DNA of 63,855 nucleotides, counting the filler, from Bigelowiella natans CCMP2755 (lineage: Eukaryota > Protista > Cercozoa): NCBI GenBank assembly GCA_000320545.1. It is 8 parts of 8 records of this genome, joined end to end, with 100 filler letters (N's around TTAATTAATTAA, not from the genome) between each part and the next. Parts side by side here need not be neighbours in the genome. Positions count along the whole stretch, not along the records: positions 1 to 19,273 come from ADNK01001272.1; 7 more parts are not named here. One strand, written 5' to 3'. The position numbers were made by a program, and so were the translations under genes. The notes beneath the pieces were generated by a model. The model worked only from the letters and a program-made list of their open reading frames with translations. It was not told the DNA's origin and made no database searches. This document shows, one piece after another, positions 1 through 11,845 of this stretch (the stretch's first letter is position 1; the number at the start of each line of letters is the position of its first letter).

Positions 1-718
1 TCGATCCCTCCTCCTCCTCCTCCTCCTCCTCCTCCTCCTCGTCGCCTTCCCTCCCACCCCCTCCGACGGGATATCTCAGGATGCTGCAGGCGATGGTACG
101 CTCGTATCGATCGTGGGTGATGCGACTGCGTGACCCTCGTCAGTCCACGAACACAGCAGAAATAGGAATAAACATTAACATGTAGAAGATGCTTATCATG
201 CAATACGCACACACACACACACACCCACAAGCAGCAGCAGCAGTATTCGACGGGTAGGTCTTTATACCTCCATCAGCAGCAGCAGCAGTGGACGTGGACG
301 ATGAAGACGACGACGACGACGACGACCACCCCCTCCTCCTCCTCCTCCAAGGGGAAGAACAGCGGGTGGAGGGAGGCGGGGAGATGCGTTTGTTGACGAT
401 GCTGGAGCCCATCACCTCAAGAAGAACACCCGGCACTATTGCTGCGCGCGCGTCGGCCTCGCTCGCACACGCTCAGCCCGCCCCCGCGCCTGAGACTGAA
501 AGGCCACACGGGCCCTCAGCGGAATCTCATGGGCACATATCGCCTTCGTCCGCTCCCCGCGCGCCACGAAACAAGAGGAAGGGTGGGGGCAATGCCACAC
601 GTGTCCTCCTCCCTCCTCTTCCTCGTCGTCATCGCCCTCTTCAACTTCCTCTTCGTCGTCGTCTTCGCGAGCGGGTGAAACCCCATTATACCGGCACGAG
701 AAGGACCCTGGCCTCTAC

Positions 719-2681
719 ATGTACTACTACAAGCCTTACGGGCTCTGGCTCGTCGGGTCGGTGCCCGGACGGCACCACGGGTGGCTGTTTGTCAGCTCCA
801 AGTTCCGCGTGCCGACGATGATCCCGGAGCTCTCCAAGTGGAAGTTCTGGAACAAGGACACGGCCTCCTGGCTGTCGGATACGCGCATCTCCGTAGAGCC
901 CATTGATGGCATGATGGCCTCCTCCTCCTCCTCCTCCACAAAAACAGCTGTTACCAAAGACGACCACGACGATGACGACCATGAGAAGCGGCTAGATCTG
1001 CTTCATCGCATTGAGGACCTCTTCACGGGGGCTCTGCCCAGCACCGCCACCACCACCACCACCAGCAGCAGTAAGAGAAAGACCAACGTGAGCGGCTCAA
1101 AAGCCCGTCGCGGCCTGTCCCCCCCTAAAAATATGACAGCGAGCAGCAGCAGCAGCAATAGTCGAAGGGTACGTCCTAACTCCATCGGCAGCAGCAGCAG
1201 CAGGACCTCGTCGATGAAGAAGACGACGACGACGACGACGACCCACTCCTCTTCCTCCTCCAGGGGGAAGAACAGTGGCGTGGGGGACGGGGCGGGAGGC
1301 ATTTCCTGTCGAGGTCAATGGCCAGCAAACCTAGACGAAGACCACTTCCTCTGCGAGCGATGCACGGCCATTCTCAAGCGCCACAAGCTCATGGTACACC
1401 GCTTCATGGACCGCTACGCCGCCCGCCCCCCCCCCTTCCCCACGAACACCTACGCGGGCTGCCTGGCCGCCCGCGCCCTGCAGGCTGAGAGGATCCTCCC
1501 GCACGGCGCGAGGGTCAGCGTGCGCGTGGCCGACTACGTCATCGGCACCATATACCCCAGCATCATCGTGCCCTGCGCGCGCGCGAACGCGCGGTTTTCC
1601 GCTGCTCTGGAACGGCTGTCGCAGAGATTCCCCACCTTCGACTCCCTCTACGATTTCATGACAAACGGGCCGCCGCGCAGCAAGGTATCGCCGTCGCCAG
1701 CAGCAGCGGCACGACCTCCCCCGCCGTTGCACGCGGAGAAGACGACGGCGAGAAAGCTTGGCGGCAGCAGCAGCAGCACCGACGATGATATGATGCAGCT
1801 GAACGTTGATAGTCAGGAGGCTATGGCTCTGACCCTGAGCGCGAAGGGCTGCGTCAAGAGCGTGCACATGTCCTCACGAGCCTACAAACAGGGTCTGCGC
1901 CCGGGAATGCTTATCGTCGCCGTCGGGAGCAAGTGCTTCCTTGGCATGGAGGAGAAGGAGGAGGGGGGGAGGGAGGCCAGGAGCGAGAACGGCGCGGCGG
2001 GGAATGGTAGTTCCAATGGCAAGGCGAGGGAGGCGAGGGCGACCGCCATTATGAACGAAATCAAAGCACAGGTTGCACGACAGCAGCAGCAGCAGCAGAA
2101 GGAGGAGGAGGAGGAAGAGGAAGATGTGGACGAAGAGAAGGACTATGGTGGCACTGATGGAGATGGTGGTGGTGGTGGTGGTGGTGGTGGTAATGGCGGA
2201 ACTAATGATGCAGAACACAGCATCACCACCGCCACGGCTCGATCGATGTCAGACGGTAGTAACGGCGAGAAGGATGATGAGAGAAAGGATGGAGTCCCTC
2301 CAGTATCAAGCAGCAGCAGCAGCACAAAGGAGAAGAAGAAAAGGGGGAGCAAGAAGAAGAAGCGGCGCGGTAGCAGCAGTAGTAAGCAGCGTGTTCTCAT
2401 TACACTGAAAAGATCCATGCCCTCTAGTGGTGCTTCTGGCGTTGGTACAAAGCCGTCATCATCATCATCACCATCATCATCATCACAATCCCCTTCATCG
2501 TCATCATCCTCCTCCTCCTCGTCGTCCTCATCGTCAAGGGAGGAGACGTCGATGGGAGAGGTCACTGTGCAGGGGGCGGCCACCGAACTGCTCCACCTAT
2601 GCGAAGCGACCTCCGTTGTTGATAAACTGAAGGGATTCAGCAAGTGCAAGGCGGTAGTAGTGGGAGTAGTAGTTGTTTGTT

Positions 2682-2712
<31 letters not shown>

Positions 2713-2761
2713 TGGTAGTATTTTATTCGTTGTTGGAGCAGCACTACCGGTAGCAATGTGA
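719..2761 (+). CDS. Large exon of a multidomain hypothetical protein: Trp/Tyr-rich N-terminal domain, helical domain, PDZ-like segment and long low-complexity linkers. The gene probably begins upstream and continues via small exons to about 5514.
   Basis: 680-aa GC-rich ORF; the frame is open from about 494. PDZ-like stretch MQLNVDSQEAMALTLSAKGCVKSVHMSSRAYKQGLRPGMLIVAVGSK. Plausible donor after ...KGFSKCKA (about 2653) and acceptor at about 2888 giving VLTAALRSPAIFP; the ORF tail runs into a (GTA)n intron. Confidence 0.6.
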
Positions 2762-3041
2762 CGCAAAGCCTGTTTGTACCTTTTTCCCGCGAGTGCTGCT
2801 TGTTCGCCGTGCATTTGGGTTGGAAATAGTCGATGGTTGGATCTTCATTAAGCGCGTTCTTTGCACTTGTTGTGCATTGCTTCGCTAGGTGCTCACAGCA
2901 GCTCTGCGCTCTCCTGCAATATTCCCGGTCGGTTGGGCGGGCCAATCGCCACGTGTTCGCAACATGAAGAAGAGTTGTTTTCGTGCACCCGTGGACACTG
3001 AATTCGCCGATGATTAGTTCTGGCAGTGTCGCGGGACAGAA

Positions 3042-3044
<3 letters not shown>

Positions 3045-3084
<40 letters not shown>

Positions 3085-3095
3085 GGATAGGAATC

Positions 3096-3146
<51 letters not shown>
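3045..3146. repeat. Compound (TA)n microsatellite, representative of many SSRs in the window: (TA)n, (CA)n, (GA)n, (CAT)n, (TAG)n, (GAG)n
   Basis: Two long TA runs separated by about 20 bp. Similar TA runs occur at about 13198, 27040, 47310, 47983 and 49707. Confidence 0.95.
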
Positions 3147-3151
<5 letters not shown>

Positions 3152-3186
3152 AAGCGTTTTTTTTGGGTTTGAAATGCTCATTTTAG

Positions 3187-5514
3187 GCATTAATTTCCCT
3201 ACGATCATCCTCATTAAAGGCACGTCTCTCATTGTCGTCGTCATCGTCGCCCCTTTTGCGGTTTGTCAGGTTTTAGCCGGAGATCACGGCGCCGACGCGT
3301 ACATGCCTCTCCTGTCCTTCGCGGTCGTTGATAGAGAGAGAGCTTCGTTTAAAAAAAGAGGGGAAAAGGAAGAACCAAAAACCAGCTAGATTAGAGCCAC
3401 GAAAGCATTATCGTACTACTCGCCAAAGCATACTAGAAGCATCGATGATCAGATGACCGATTACCACTTTCTAATCCCGTCCCTCCCCACACCACAGATT
3501 ATGCGTGCAAATCCGTTCCATCTGCTTTCCCACGTGCAATTCGTCCGGCTGATGCATCCGGACTCCCTCAGGTGAGTAGCTACTGTGTGGGGGTGGGGGG
3601 GGGGGGGGAGCGAAAAAGAGACGCTATGATCATCACCATCTCTCGCGCTCAAATAGTGTTATATTCACGCACACACACACACACACACACATATGTGGAT
3701 GGTTTTTGGTTCTTCCTTTTCCCCTCTTTTTTTACACGAAGATATACGTATACGCGTATATATTGCAATCAACAGCGAAAAGTACTTTGTAGATGCCTGC
3801 GTTGCAATCAAGGTAGCAGTTATGCCTTTGTTCGGTAGGAGGAAGGGCGGAGGGGAGATGGGGGGAGGGGGGAGGGGGGGGGTTTAGGAGGTAAGGAGCT
3901 GTGTGTGGTGGCAAAGAACTACAAGGACGAGGAGGGGAGATATGAGGGTGGGAGCGAGAGGAAGCGGGGAGAAATGAAAACCACAATTTAACGTTCCGTG
4001 AGCATCATCATAAATAACACGTTGGTGTTTCCTCTCCTCTTCCTCCTTCTCCTCGTAAACATTATCAATATCCTCTCAAATCTCGTCATCATCACTCACA
4101 CAACCAACGTCAGGCACTCCGGTCATCATCACTCACACAACCAACGTCAGGCACTCCTTCATCTGGCCTCTTCTCTCCCCATCGAGCCCCAGAGATCACA
4201 CCAGAACCGCCTCCAGCAGCGCCCCCCTCCTCCCCCACCCCCCCGCAAAAACAAACCTCCTTCGATTCCCCCTTCGTCGTCAATAGCAGCAGATACTGAC
4301 ACCAAAGAAGGGAAATCTCAGAAGGGGCGAGGAGAAGGCGAGGGTGCAAGTGAGGACGGGGGGGGGGAGGAGGAGGAGGAAAAGGAGAAGAAAACAGCGG
4401 CGGGGGTAGTCCGGAGACGGCTCGGCGCTCAGATGGTAAATCGATTAATTGCGACGCAAAATGCTGGGCTGCTATAGCCAACAACGTGCTGCTGAGTCGC
4501 TGCTACCAACCCCCACAAATTCCTCTTCTTTCCTTTCATAATCATCATCACCGTCGTCCACCATGCATTTTGCTATCATCAACAGGTGAAGGAGGGCCAT
4601 CCCCCATCCAGCGTGGTGTTTGGAGTCGAATCTCTCAAGCTCTCCGACCTCCAGGACGAGAGGATGGCAAGGGTACGTTATTGCTGCGAAACAGCTATTA
4701 GGAGGCTCGATGTTTGTCAACCTGCCGATGATGACCACCCCAGATGAATCACAAAAATAAAAGAAAACACAAATGCGAGCAAGAATCAACTCCGAAACGA
4801 ATCCCCAACGTGATTATCACTGCCAAAAAAACGCGAACAATTCCTAGTGGCGGATTAAGATGTGTATTTTGTTGCTCCTGTTTTGCTGTCTTGGTCATTC
4901 TTCGTCGTTCTATGTGCCACCACCTCCACCCTGTTGGCCTTGTTCTATCCCAGGCGAAGCTGCGTGCGAGGCTCGCAGGTTATTGAGCATGAGACATATG
5001 CGTGCGTGCCACGGCAGCTCCCCTGCTCTCGAAGAAGAAAAGAGTTGGAAAACTCAGAGAGAGAGAGAGAGAGAAAGATGGGGAGAGGGGGGAGAAAGAA
5101 GGGAGAGACTCCTAGTCTCCCCAGAAGAGGATTAGTCAGAATACCCCAATTCAATATGCGCTCTGTTATCAGATCTGAAGCACCTTCGCAACCTCGGTTA
5201 TCCACAGCAGGAAGCGATGGATGCCTTGAAGAAGTAAGTGCCATCATTCGTGACCAGCTTGTGGGGAGGAGGAGGAGGAGGAGGAGGGAGGGGGTGATAT
5301 AGCTCTAGGCAGGAGTCGTAATTGTCGATACTCTGCGTATAGTCCTCCCCCCCCTCCCCGTTGCGCTCCCTTTCAAGCGAGATGATCATTCAGTCTTAAA
5401 ACATTGCGCAAAACTCCACGTTCAACCCGCTTCAGGTACGGCGACCTACGCAGCGCATACAGTTATCTAGAAAGAAAAGAGCGAAAGTCAGGAATCTCCA
5501 TACAGGCGCTGTAA
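3187..5514 (+). CDS. Multi-exon 3' region ending in a UBA-like domain, possibly the same gene as 719..2761
   Basis: Series of AG...GT-bounded exons. Exons 5173-5233 and 5436-5514 splice in frame to DLKHLRNLGYPQQEAMDALKKYGDLRSAYSYLERKERKSGISIQAL*, matching the UBA pattern (LxxMG[FY]xxxxAxxALxxxxxxxxAxxYL). Confidence 0.5.
4085..4157. repeat. Tandem duplication, 37-bp period (GTCATCATCACTCACACAACCAACGTCAGGCACTCC)
   Basis: Two identical copies starting at 4085 and 4122. Confidence 0.85.
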
Positions 5515-6295
5515 GATGCGATGAGGAGAAGAACGAGGAGGAAGAAGAAAGAGAGTGAGGAGTTTAAGGGAAGCGAGCCTGATTGCACATGTCACCCGTT
5601 GTCTTGAGTCGGCATGTACGATATATAGTACAAAATGAGGAGGCATTGCATGCGAAATACGAAATATCATATAATCATAGCATACATGATTTGTGATGCA
5701 TTGCCAATAATGCTTATTTAACAAGCAGACCGCTGATGAGCAGCTGTTCATCGTCTAGATAATGTGCAAAGCTTTACAGGCCATGCTCGCATGCATGCGC
5801 GAACATGACCCCGCACGTAGCGCGCGCACATAACAAAAGTCTAGAAGTGCTGTAGCCACTGCTTTGCATAGCTGCATTAGATAAATAACCATTGAAAAGA
5901 TTTATCACTTCATTATATCTTACATCCGTCTCACACATGTGGACTGAATCACATGTTGCGTTAAAATGCGCCTGACTGAAGACAGTGTGCCACACCCCAT
6001 GCCGCACGTGTGCAAAAATTGCTGTGGGCATTTGAGCAGCAACCCAGAGCACATTGCTTTCGTCATCCACACGCCAATGCCGCGCAGTTGCACAATTTGT
6101 TTCGTCTGCGAACAATGCTACAAAGTCTATACCGAAAATCATGAACGGTGTGCTGCTTTCTCTACGCTGATTTGTTGCCTTGATCTCCTCTCAGCTTCTT
6201 GATCTGCAGATCAATGTAGCACCATCATCATTGATCGACGATCTTGGCAATGGCAACCCCCCCCCCCTCCACTTCCCATCGTTGTCATAGCAGCG

Positions 6296-8632
6296 TCATG
6301 TCATCGCTGCCCACGGGGTCTCCTGTTCAGGATCATGGACGTCACATTCCAAGTCCTCCTCCTCCTCGCCCCTCAGCCCAATGCTCATGTTGCACTTCAC
6401 ATCGCTACTACTTTTACTGCCGTCGTTCTCCTCTCCCTGCTTCTCCTTTCCCTCTGCTCCGCCGGCAGATAGTTTGCAGTACCCAGCAGCATTCACCTTT
6501 TCCCGGCTGCCGCATTCGATCCATTGTCGCAGGGAGCGGAACAGCATGATGGCCGCGATGCTCGAAAATGTTCGGACGAACGGAGAGGCGATCACGCAGA
6601 AGTAGTAGTTGTACCACAGCAGGCTCCCGGGCGTGTAGGTCCAGTGCGACACCGGCGCCGCCCAATCCGGCAGGATGTACACGCTTGCAGCGTAGTGGTC
6701 GCGGCTTACGACATACCAGACGAAGAAGGTGAAAGCTGCTCCGAAGGCCGTCCAGTAGGCGTAGAATAGGAGTTGCCAAAGCTGGTACTGGTTCTTCGTC
6801 TTAATCGAGTAGATGCCGATGCCTAGGAGCATGCTATCGAAGACGGAGATCCAGGGCATCGCAACACACGACTGCGCGATGACTAGCCCGTGCAGCGCGA
6901 GCATCAAGATGTACACGACCCGCCAGAAGTTGGCGTCGTCGTCGTCGATGAGAACAGACCTGAACTTGCTGAGAGAGAGCAGTGAGTTAACTGTGAGCTT
7001 ACTGGGCTCCACCGTAAAGATCCCCATACGCATGTTCACCCACGGATAGTAGTAGAGGAGGCACTTGTAGGCGCCGAACACCGAAGCGAACTGCAGGAAA
7101 TCGGTGTAAAAAGGGTAGACAAACACGACCAAGAGGGACTGTTGAATGTCTGGACGGTGTCGCCAGAGGATGTAATTTATAACGACCTGCTGGATTAGCT
7201 CAATGAGGTAGAACCCGAGCCGCACCTCTAAGAAAAACAGGAAGTAGCCGTTCAGGAGCCCCTTTGCCAAAAGAACCGGCGCAAGAACGTGCAGCATCAC
7301 CGCTGACATGTGCCGGAGGAGCTCCACACGAAAGAAAACGTTCTCAGCGAATCCTCCTGCGTCGTAGGTCAGGAACAAGTAGGTTCGGATGATCATCCTG
7401 CGCGGTGCGTTGACGTACCAACGGTGTGCCCTTTGCTTCCAAAGGTTGCTCGCTCCATATCCCTGCTCCCTCCCCCCGCTGCAGTTAATCTCTCGGAACA
7501 TTCTCGATGGAGCGAAGGTCGAAACGTAACAGCGCAGCTCCTGTTTGAGTCTGTAGCCCTGCAGCAGGTTCATCGCACCGATCCAGCCATCCTCTCCGAA
7601 GGGGAGGAAGGGGTGGTCCTCCATGATCTTCTGGAAGCGATCCCTACGCCACAGGCCGATGATACCATGGCAGAACCATGCATTAGAGGAGAGGGAGCGG
7701 AAGTAGCGCCATTGACTAAAAAGCAAGAATTCTCGGTCTACCAAGAGCTGCACTAGATTCGGCTCTGGATCTGGTTCCTTACCTTCCTCGATCTCCCTAT
7801 TTACCATTGAGATCCCATAGCTTACACCGCTAACTGCCTCGTCGGAGAAGTGCGCCTCGTCAAAGACCATGTCGCGCGGTAGGATCGTATCGTCATCGAT
7901 GTGGACGATGTACTTTACGTTCGGCGGTAGAAGCTTCATTCCCTCCCACATCGCTCTAGTCTTGAGACCATGCGGGACGTAGAGATACTGAATCTTGGCG
8001 TTCTCCTCGCGCACAACCTTCTGCGTCTCATCGGGAGGGCTCTCGTCGTTCGAGTTGTCCACTACGGCGATGTTTTCAGGGGGCAAATGCACTAGAATGG
8101 AGCGAATTGTCTTCGCAATCTCCTTCTCGCTCTTGTGGCAGGGAATGATCACTCCGATTTGGGATAGAAAGTCCTTATCGTTTACGAAATTATGTGGTTT
8201 GTCGGGAAATCGCGCGTATGAGTATCCAATTAGAAGATAAATCACGGTTAAAATTCCGACGACCATCAGGCTAATAAAGACAGGATCGAAGATTCCAAAA
8301 AAAAACTGATCGCCCTGTGAGGGCAGGTGCAATGTGTGCCAGAACTCGAACAGGAGGTTGCGGGGAATGAGCATGTTATATAGCAGTGCAAATAGCAGCG
8401 TATAATAGAGGAGTGCTCTAGAGTAGCCTCGTAGCCATGTTGATACATAACCAAATGCTGTGAAAGCGGAGTAACCGAAAGTCACGGATTCTCTCCCCTC
8501 ATGGACTGCAGGCTGTATGCAGCGCCTCAGCATATTATACGAAGTCACCACGTGTGCGAGAGAGCCGATGACCACCGAGCATGTGATTAAATACGGTAAA
8601 AATAATAGGAGACGTGGAGTAGCGAACCACAT
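6296..8632 (-). CDS. Membrane-integrated processive glycosyltransferase, family GT2 (chitin/hyaluronan/cellulose synthase superfamily), intronless
   Basis: Uninterrupted 778-aa ORF. N-terminal TM helices; GT-A motifs VIIPCHK, VVDNS, GLKTRAM, VHIDDDT (DxD), GEDGW (catalytic base) and KQRAHRW (QxxRW variant); multiple C-terminal TM helices. Confidence 0.9.
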   Translation of the reverse strand: MWFATPRLLLFLPYLITCSVVIGSLAHVVTSYNMLRRCIQPAVHEGRESVTFGYSAFTAFGYVSTWLRGYSRALLYYTLLFALLYNMLIPRNLLFEFWHTLHLPSQGDQFFFGIFDPVFISLMVVGILTVIYLLIGYSYARFPDKPHNFVNDKDFLSQIGVIIPCHKSEKEIAKTIRSILVHLPPENIAVVDNSNDESPPDETQKVVREENAKIQYLYVPHGLKTRAMWEGMKLLPPNVKYIVHIDDDTILPRDMVFDEAHFSDEAVSGVSYGISMVNREIEEGKEPDPEPNLVQLLVDREFLLFSQWRYFRSLSSNAWFCHGIIGLWRRDRFQKIMEDHPFLPFGEDGWIGAMNLLQGYRLKQELRCYVSTFAPSRMFREINCSGGREQGYGASNLWKQRAHRWYVNAPRRMIIRTYLFLTYDAGGFAENVFFRVELLRHMSAVMLHVLAPVLLAKGLLNGYFLFFLEVRLGFYLIELIQQVVINYILWRHRPDIQQSLLVVFVYPFYTDFLQFASVFGAYKCLLYYYPWVNMRMGIFTVEPSKLTVNSLLSLSKFRSVLIDDDDANFWRVVYILMLALHGLVIAQSCVAMPWISVFDSMLLGIGIYSIKTKNQYQLWQLLFYAYWTAFGAAFTFFVWYVVSRDHYAASVYILPDWAAPVSHWTYTPGSLLWYNYYFCVIASPFVRTFSSIAAIMLFRSLRQWIECGSREKVNAAGYCKLSAGGAEGKEKQGEENDGSKSSSDVKCNMSIGLRGEEEEDLECDVHDPEQETPWAAMT

Positions 8633-9336
8633 CTTCTTTACTTTAAAACGGCCACAAACAGGATGTCTCCTTCGCGATGGAGAGCTGTAGAAGCTTTAAG
8701 CGCTTAATGATGTCTTACTCGCTTTTGCACTCTCCTTTTCTCGATTTCTTTCTCCGAGTAGTAGTACAACGGGTATATTAGACAGTTTTATACTCGTCCA
8801 GAGGAGCCCCTGTTTTTGCAGCGAAAATATCATTATTAAATCCATTCCAGGCTTAACGCTATGAGACATTTTTGCTCAACAGAGATATCAATCGAACGCG
8901 TGGAACATTTCGAAAAATAAAGATGATCGCTTCTATTAAATTGGAGACGGTTTTATTCTACACGTTACTTAACCCATCAACAGCATGCGTAATCACTGGG
9001 GTCGCGCGAATTTTATCACTTTGGGGGGGCTCTATCTGGTCGGTGCCATGGCACGTGGGGTTTCCGGAGGATTGAAAACGATGTGCGCGACAACAATCTT
9101 ATTATGTTTTTTTATATAAATGGGTGGCATTTTATGGAGATGTAATTTCGGTTGTGCCAGTGAGACTAAGGGCACGAGGAACTTCCGAAACTTGTACTCG
9201 TAAACGAAGTTACCCTAAAAGATAATCCATTTTAGTGTATACCGCAGGATAAAAATCGCTTGCATTTCTCTATTGTCATAATTTTTAATCTGTAGAGTGT
9301 ATTCCAGCTGCGACAACATTTAAGCTCGTAGCAGAA

Positions 9337-11845
9337 ATGATTTTTTCGGTCGGTTCAAAGCAAGTGAGACCATCTGAGATGGAATCTTCTTTGACGTACG
9401 AGCAAAAACACCTAGGCAGTAGTGACATTTTTGTCAAATATGCTGAATTTTTGGGGATATGGGAGCTTCTAAGGGCTGTGTGTGGGTTAGTCAAGATCTG
9501 AACCCAGAGGACGAAGAATATTTGAATGGAGGATTTGGTCTCCGATAGCTGAAAGACTCGGGGCAGTCGACCATACCATTCGAGTTTGGACCAATGGTCT
9601 TATTCCTCCTCGGTCCTTTGTTCGTGCTGAATCGTCAATATCCCATCTGGGATACCGTGGTACTCTACGGCTGTATGCTGGAAACGTGACGAGCCATTTT
9701 GTTTACTCATCTTAATCTTTTTTAGGACGAAACTTCTGATGAAGAAGAAAGAAAATTGGCCCACAATGGAAATAGATGCCTTACTCCCACACGACATGTA
9801 TGAAATCTCATTGAAATCAAAACTTTTGCCTTTCTCATATCTGGATCTACGCTCAGGAAGCAGTAGAGGAAGTGTTAGGAGATCGGGAACAGCAAGAAGG
9901 ATATGAAGGGGAGGAAATGGAAGTTTGTATTAAGGACGAGAAGGAACTAAGCACATCCAAAGATTCATGTAGTAAACCGACAAGCTCTAGAAGGAACTTA
10001 AAATCCATGTGTTCCAGCTGCTTCAGTCCGAGGTGTGCGAAGGGAAAGGCGTAATGATAAAATAATGCGCCTTATAGTCTATTCGACACGATTCAATATT
10101 ATCTGCATTTAAGACCATATGTGCGTGCCCTATGATTCTAACCTACTCTTCTAAGTACGATGTTTTCAAAACGATGAATCCTCAGTTACAGGAAGGAGAG
10201 CAGTACGATGTCGCCCAGTGACGAGAAGCATGTAGAAAAAGAGGTGCTATGAAGCAGAGAAGCATTCTCTTAGCTTAATGTCTTGTACGTTTGTGCTTTT
10301 ATGTCCTTGCTCACCGTTTCCTTTGTGTGTGTGCACATTTTCATTAAAATTGACATGTTTGTAGAACATACATGCTCAAGCGCAGTCGCGCCATAAAATC
10401 GTGGAGTCGAATATGACGAAGAAAAACCAAGACAGTTCGCAAGACATCCTCAAAGCCCAGGAAAAGACCGAAATCCCTCCGACAACAAAGAAGAGCGACA
10501 ACCCTCCTTCAACACAGAAGAGCGACCCTCCTACAACAGAGAAGCAAGCTAAATTGATTTTGTAATGTGCTACTTCTTCCAAAGCGGCTGAAAACACTCA
10601 CTGTAGTCATCGTTGTTGTTAATTCCACCAGCGAGAAACTAAAGAGATTGCAAACGATGCTTCAACGGTTCAAGGATTTCAAGCAGAAACACGTCTTGCC
10701 AGAAGATACCCAGGCCATGTAATAGAAAACCCCAACTTGCATGGATTTTTGACGAATTGATAATCGGTTCTTAATGCAGCGTCGAATCAGCTCAACGTAT
10801 CTTCGACGCAATAGCGAAGAAGAAGCGACACACAAGTGAAAAAAAGGTACTCAACGGCAAACGTTTTCCAAACGAAATCGCTTCTGTTTAAGTTACTGCA
10901 GAGGATAATTTATTAATATTGAAAGGTGTTAGAAGAGAAGCTGCGAGACATAGACAGCTGGCGTCAGGTCTGCTGTCCAAGACCCATTACTGATACAAAT
11001 CTCTCTGACAAGAACGAAGCTAACTTGTTTCTGGATGCTGCTTTTGATCAGAAACTCAGTGAGGAATATGACCGCCTTTTACCGGAGAGAGATCCTAACG
11101 GCAGTGGTGAAGAAAAAGAGCTGCCACCACCAGAAACGAAGAGCTACGATAGCAAGGAAAAGAGTCCAGGAGCGGCGTCGATGGAAGGGGTCAAGATTGC
11201 AACTGAGGATATCGAAGAAGAAGAGGGTAAGAAGGTAGTAGCAGTAGTGTACGAGGGAGATGAGCTTCAGCAGGACCAACAAGAAGCGGCGGAGATAGTT
11301 GTCAACGTCGCCGCAAACAAGGGGGTAGACGTAAAACATCATAGCGGGGATCATAGTCAAGTCAAAACTGCTGCTGCTCCGCCCGGAGAGAAGATCCAGA
11401 ATGAGGGGAAACGAAATACGGCGGCACCCGCCACCGACAGGGAAGAAGAAGAAGCCCCCGTTCAGCCAGATGGGAGTGAGATCCCCGGTGTGGTAGATGA
11501 TGGCCAAATCCAGCCGCAGCTGCAGGCGCAGGAGCAGCAGTTACAAGGACAAGCAGCACCTCAAAACGACACGAGCACACCACTGCCACCAGCAGCAGCA
11601 GTAGATCAGCAACTGCCGGATGGATGGAAATCTGCCCAAGATCCTAGCACAAACAGTACGTGCATGCATAGGGCAGGGTTCGGTGGTGGTGGTGGTGGCG
11701 ATGGTGGTAATGATTGTTGCTCTTACGCTTCGACTGGGAAAGCCCTTTTTTTTGACTTGTGCTGCCTGTGTGTTAATATGCCAAACAAGGAACCTATTAC
11801 TACAACGAGCGGGATCAGAATGTAACCTGGGAAAAACCGCAATAG
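9337..11845 (+). CDS. Multi-exon acidic/low-complexity protein with a C-terminal WW domain (start uncertain)
   Basis: Removing intron 11656-11789 gives LPDGWKSAQDPSTNRTYYYNERDQNVTWEKPQ*, a canonical WW domain. Upstream exons (about 10191-10243, 10365-10561, 10632-10718, 10780-10846, 10926-11655) join in frame with GT-AG introns. Confidence 0.75.

Noticed and set aside
4085-4157. 37-bp direct repeat as a CRISPR-like unit
   Set aside because: Only two abutting copies, no spacers, no cas genes, and a eukaryotic context.
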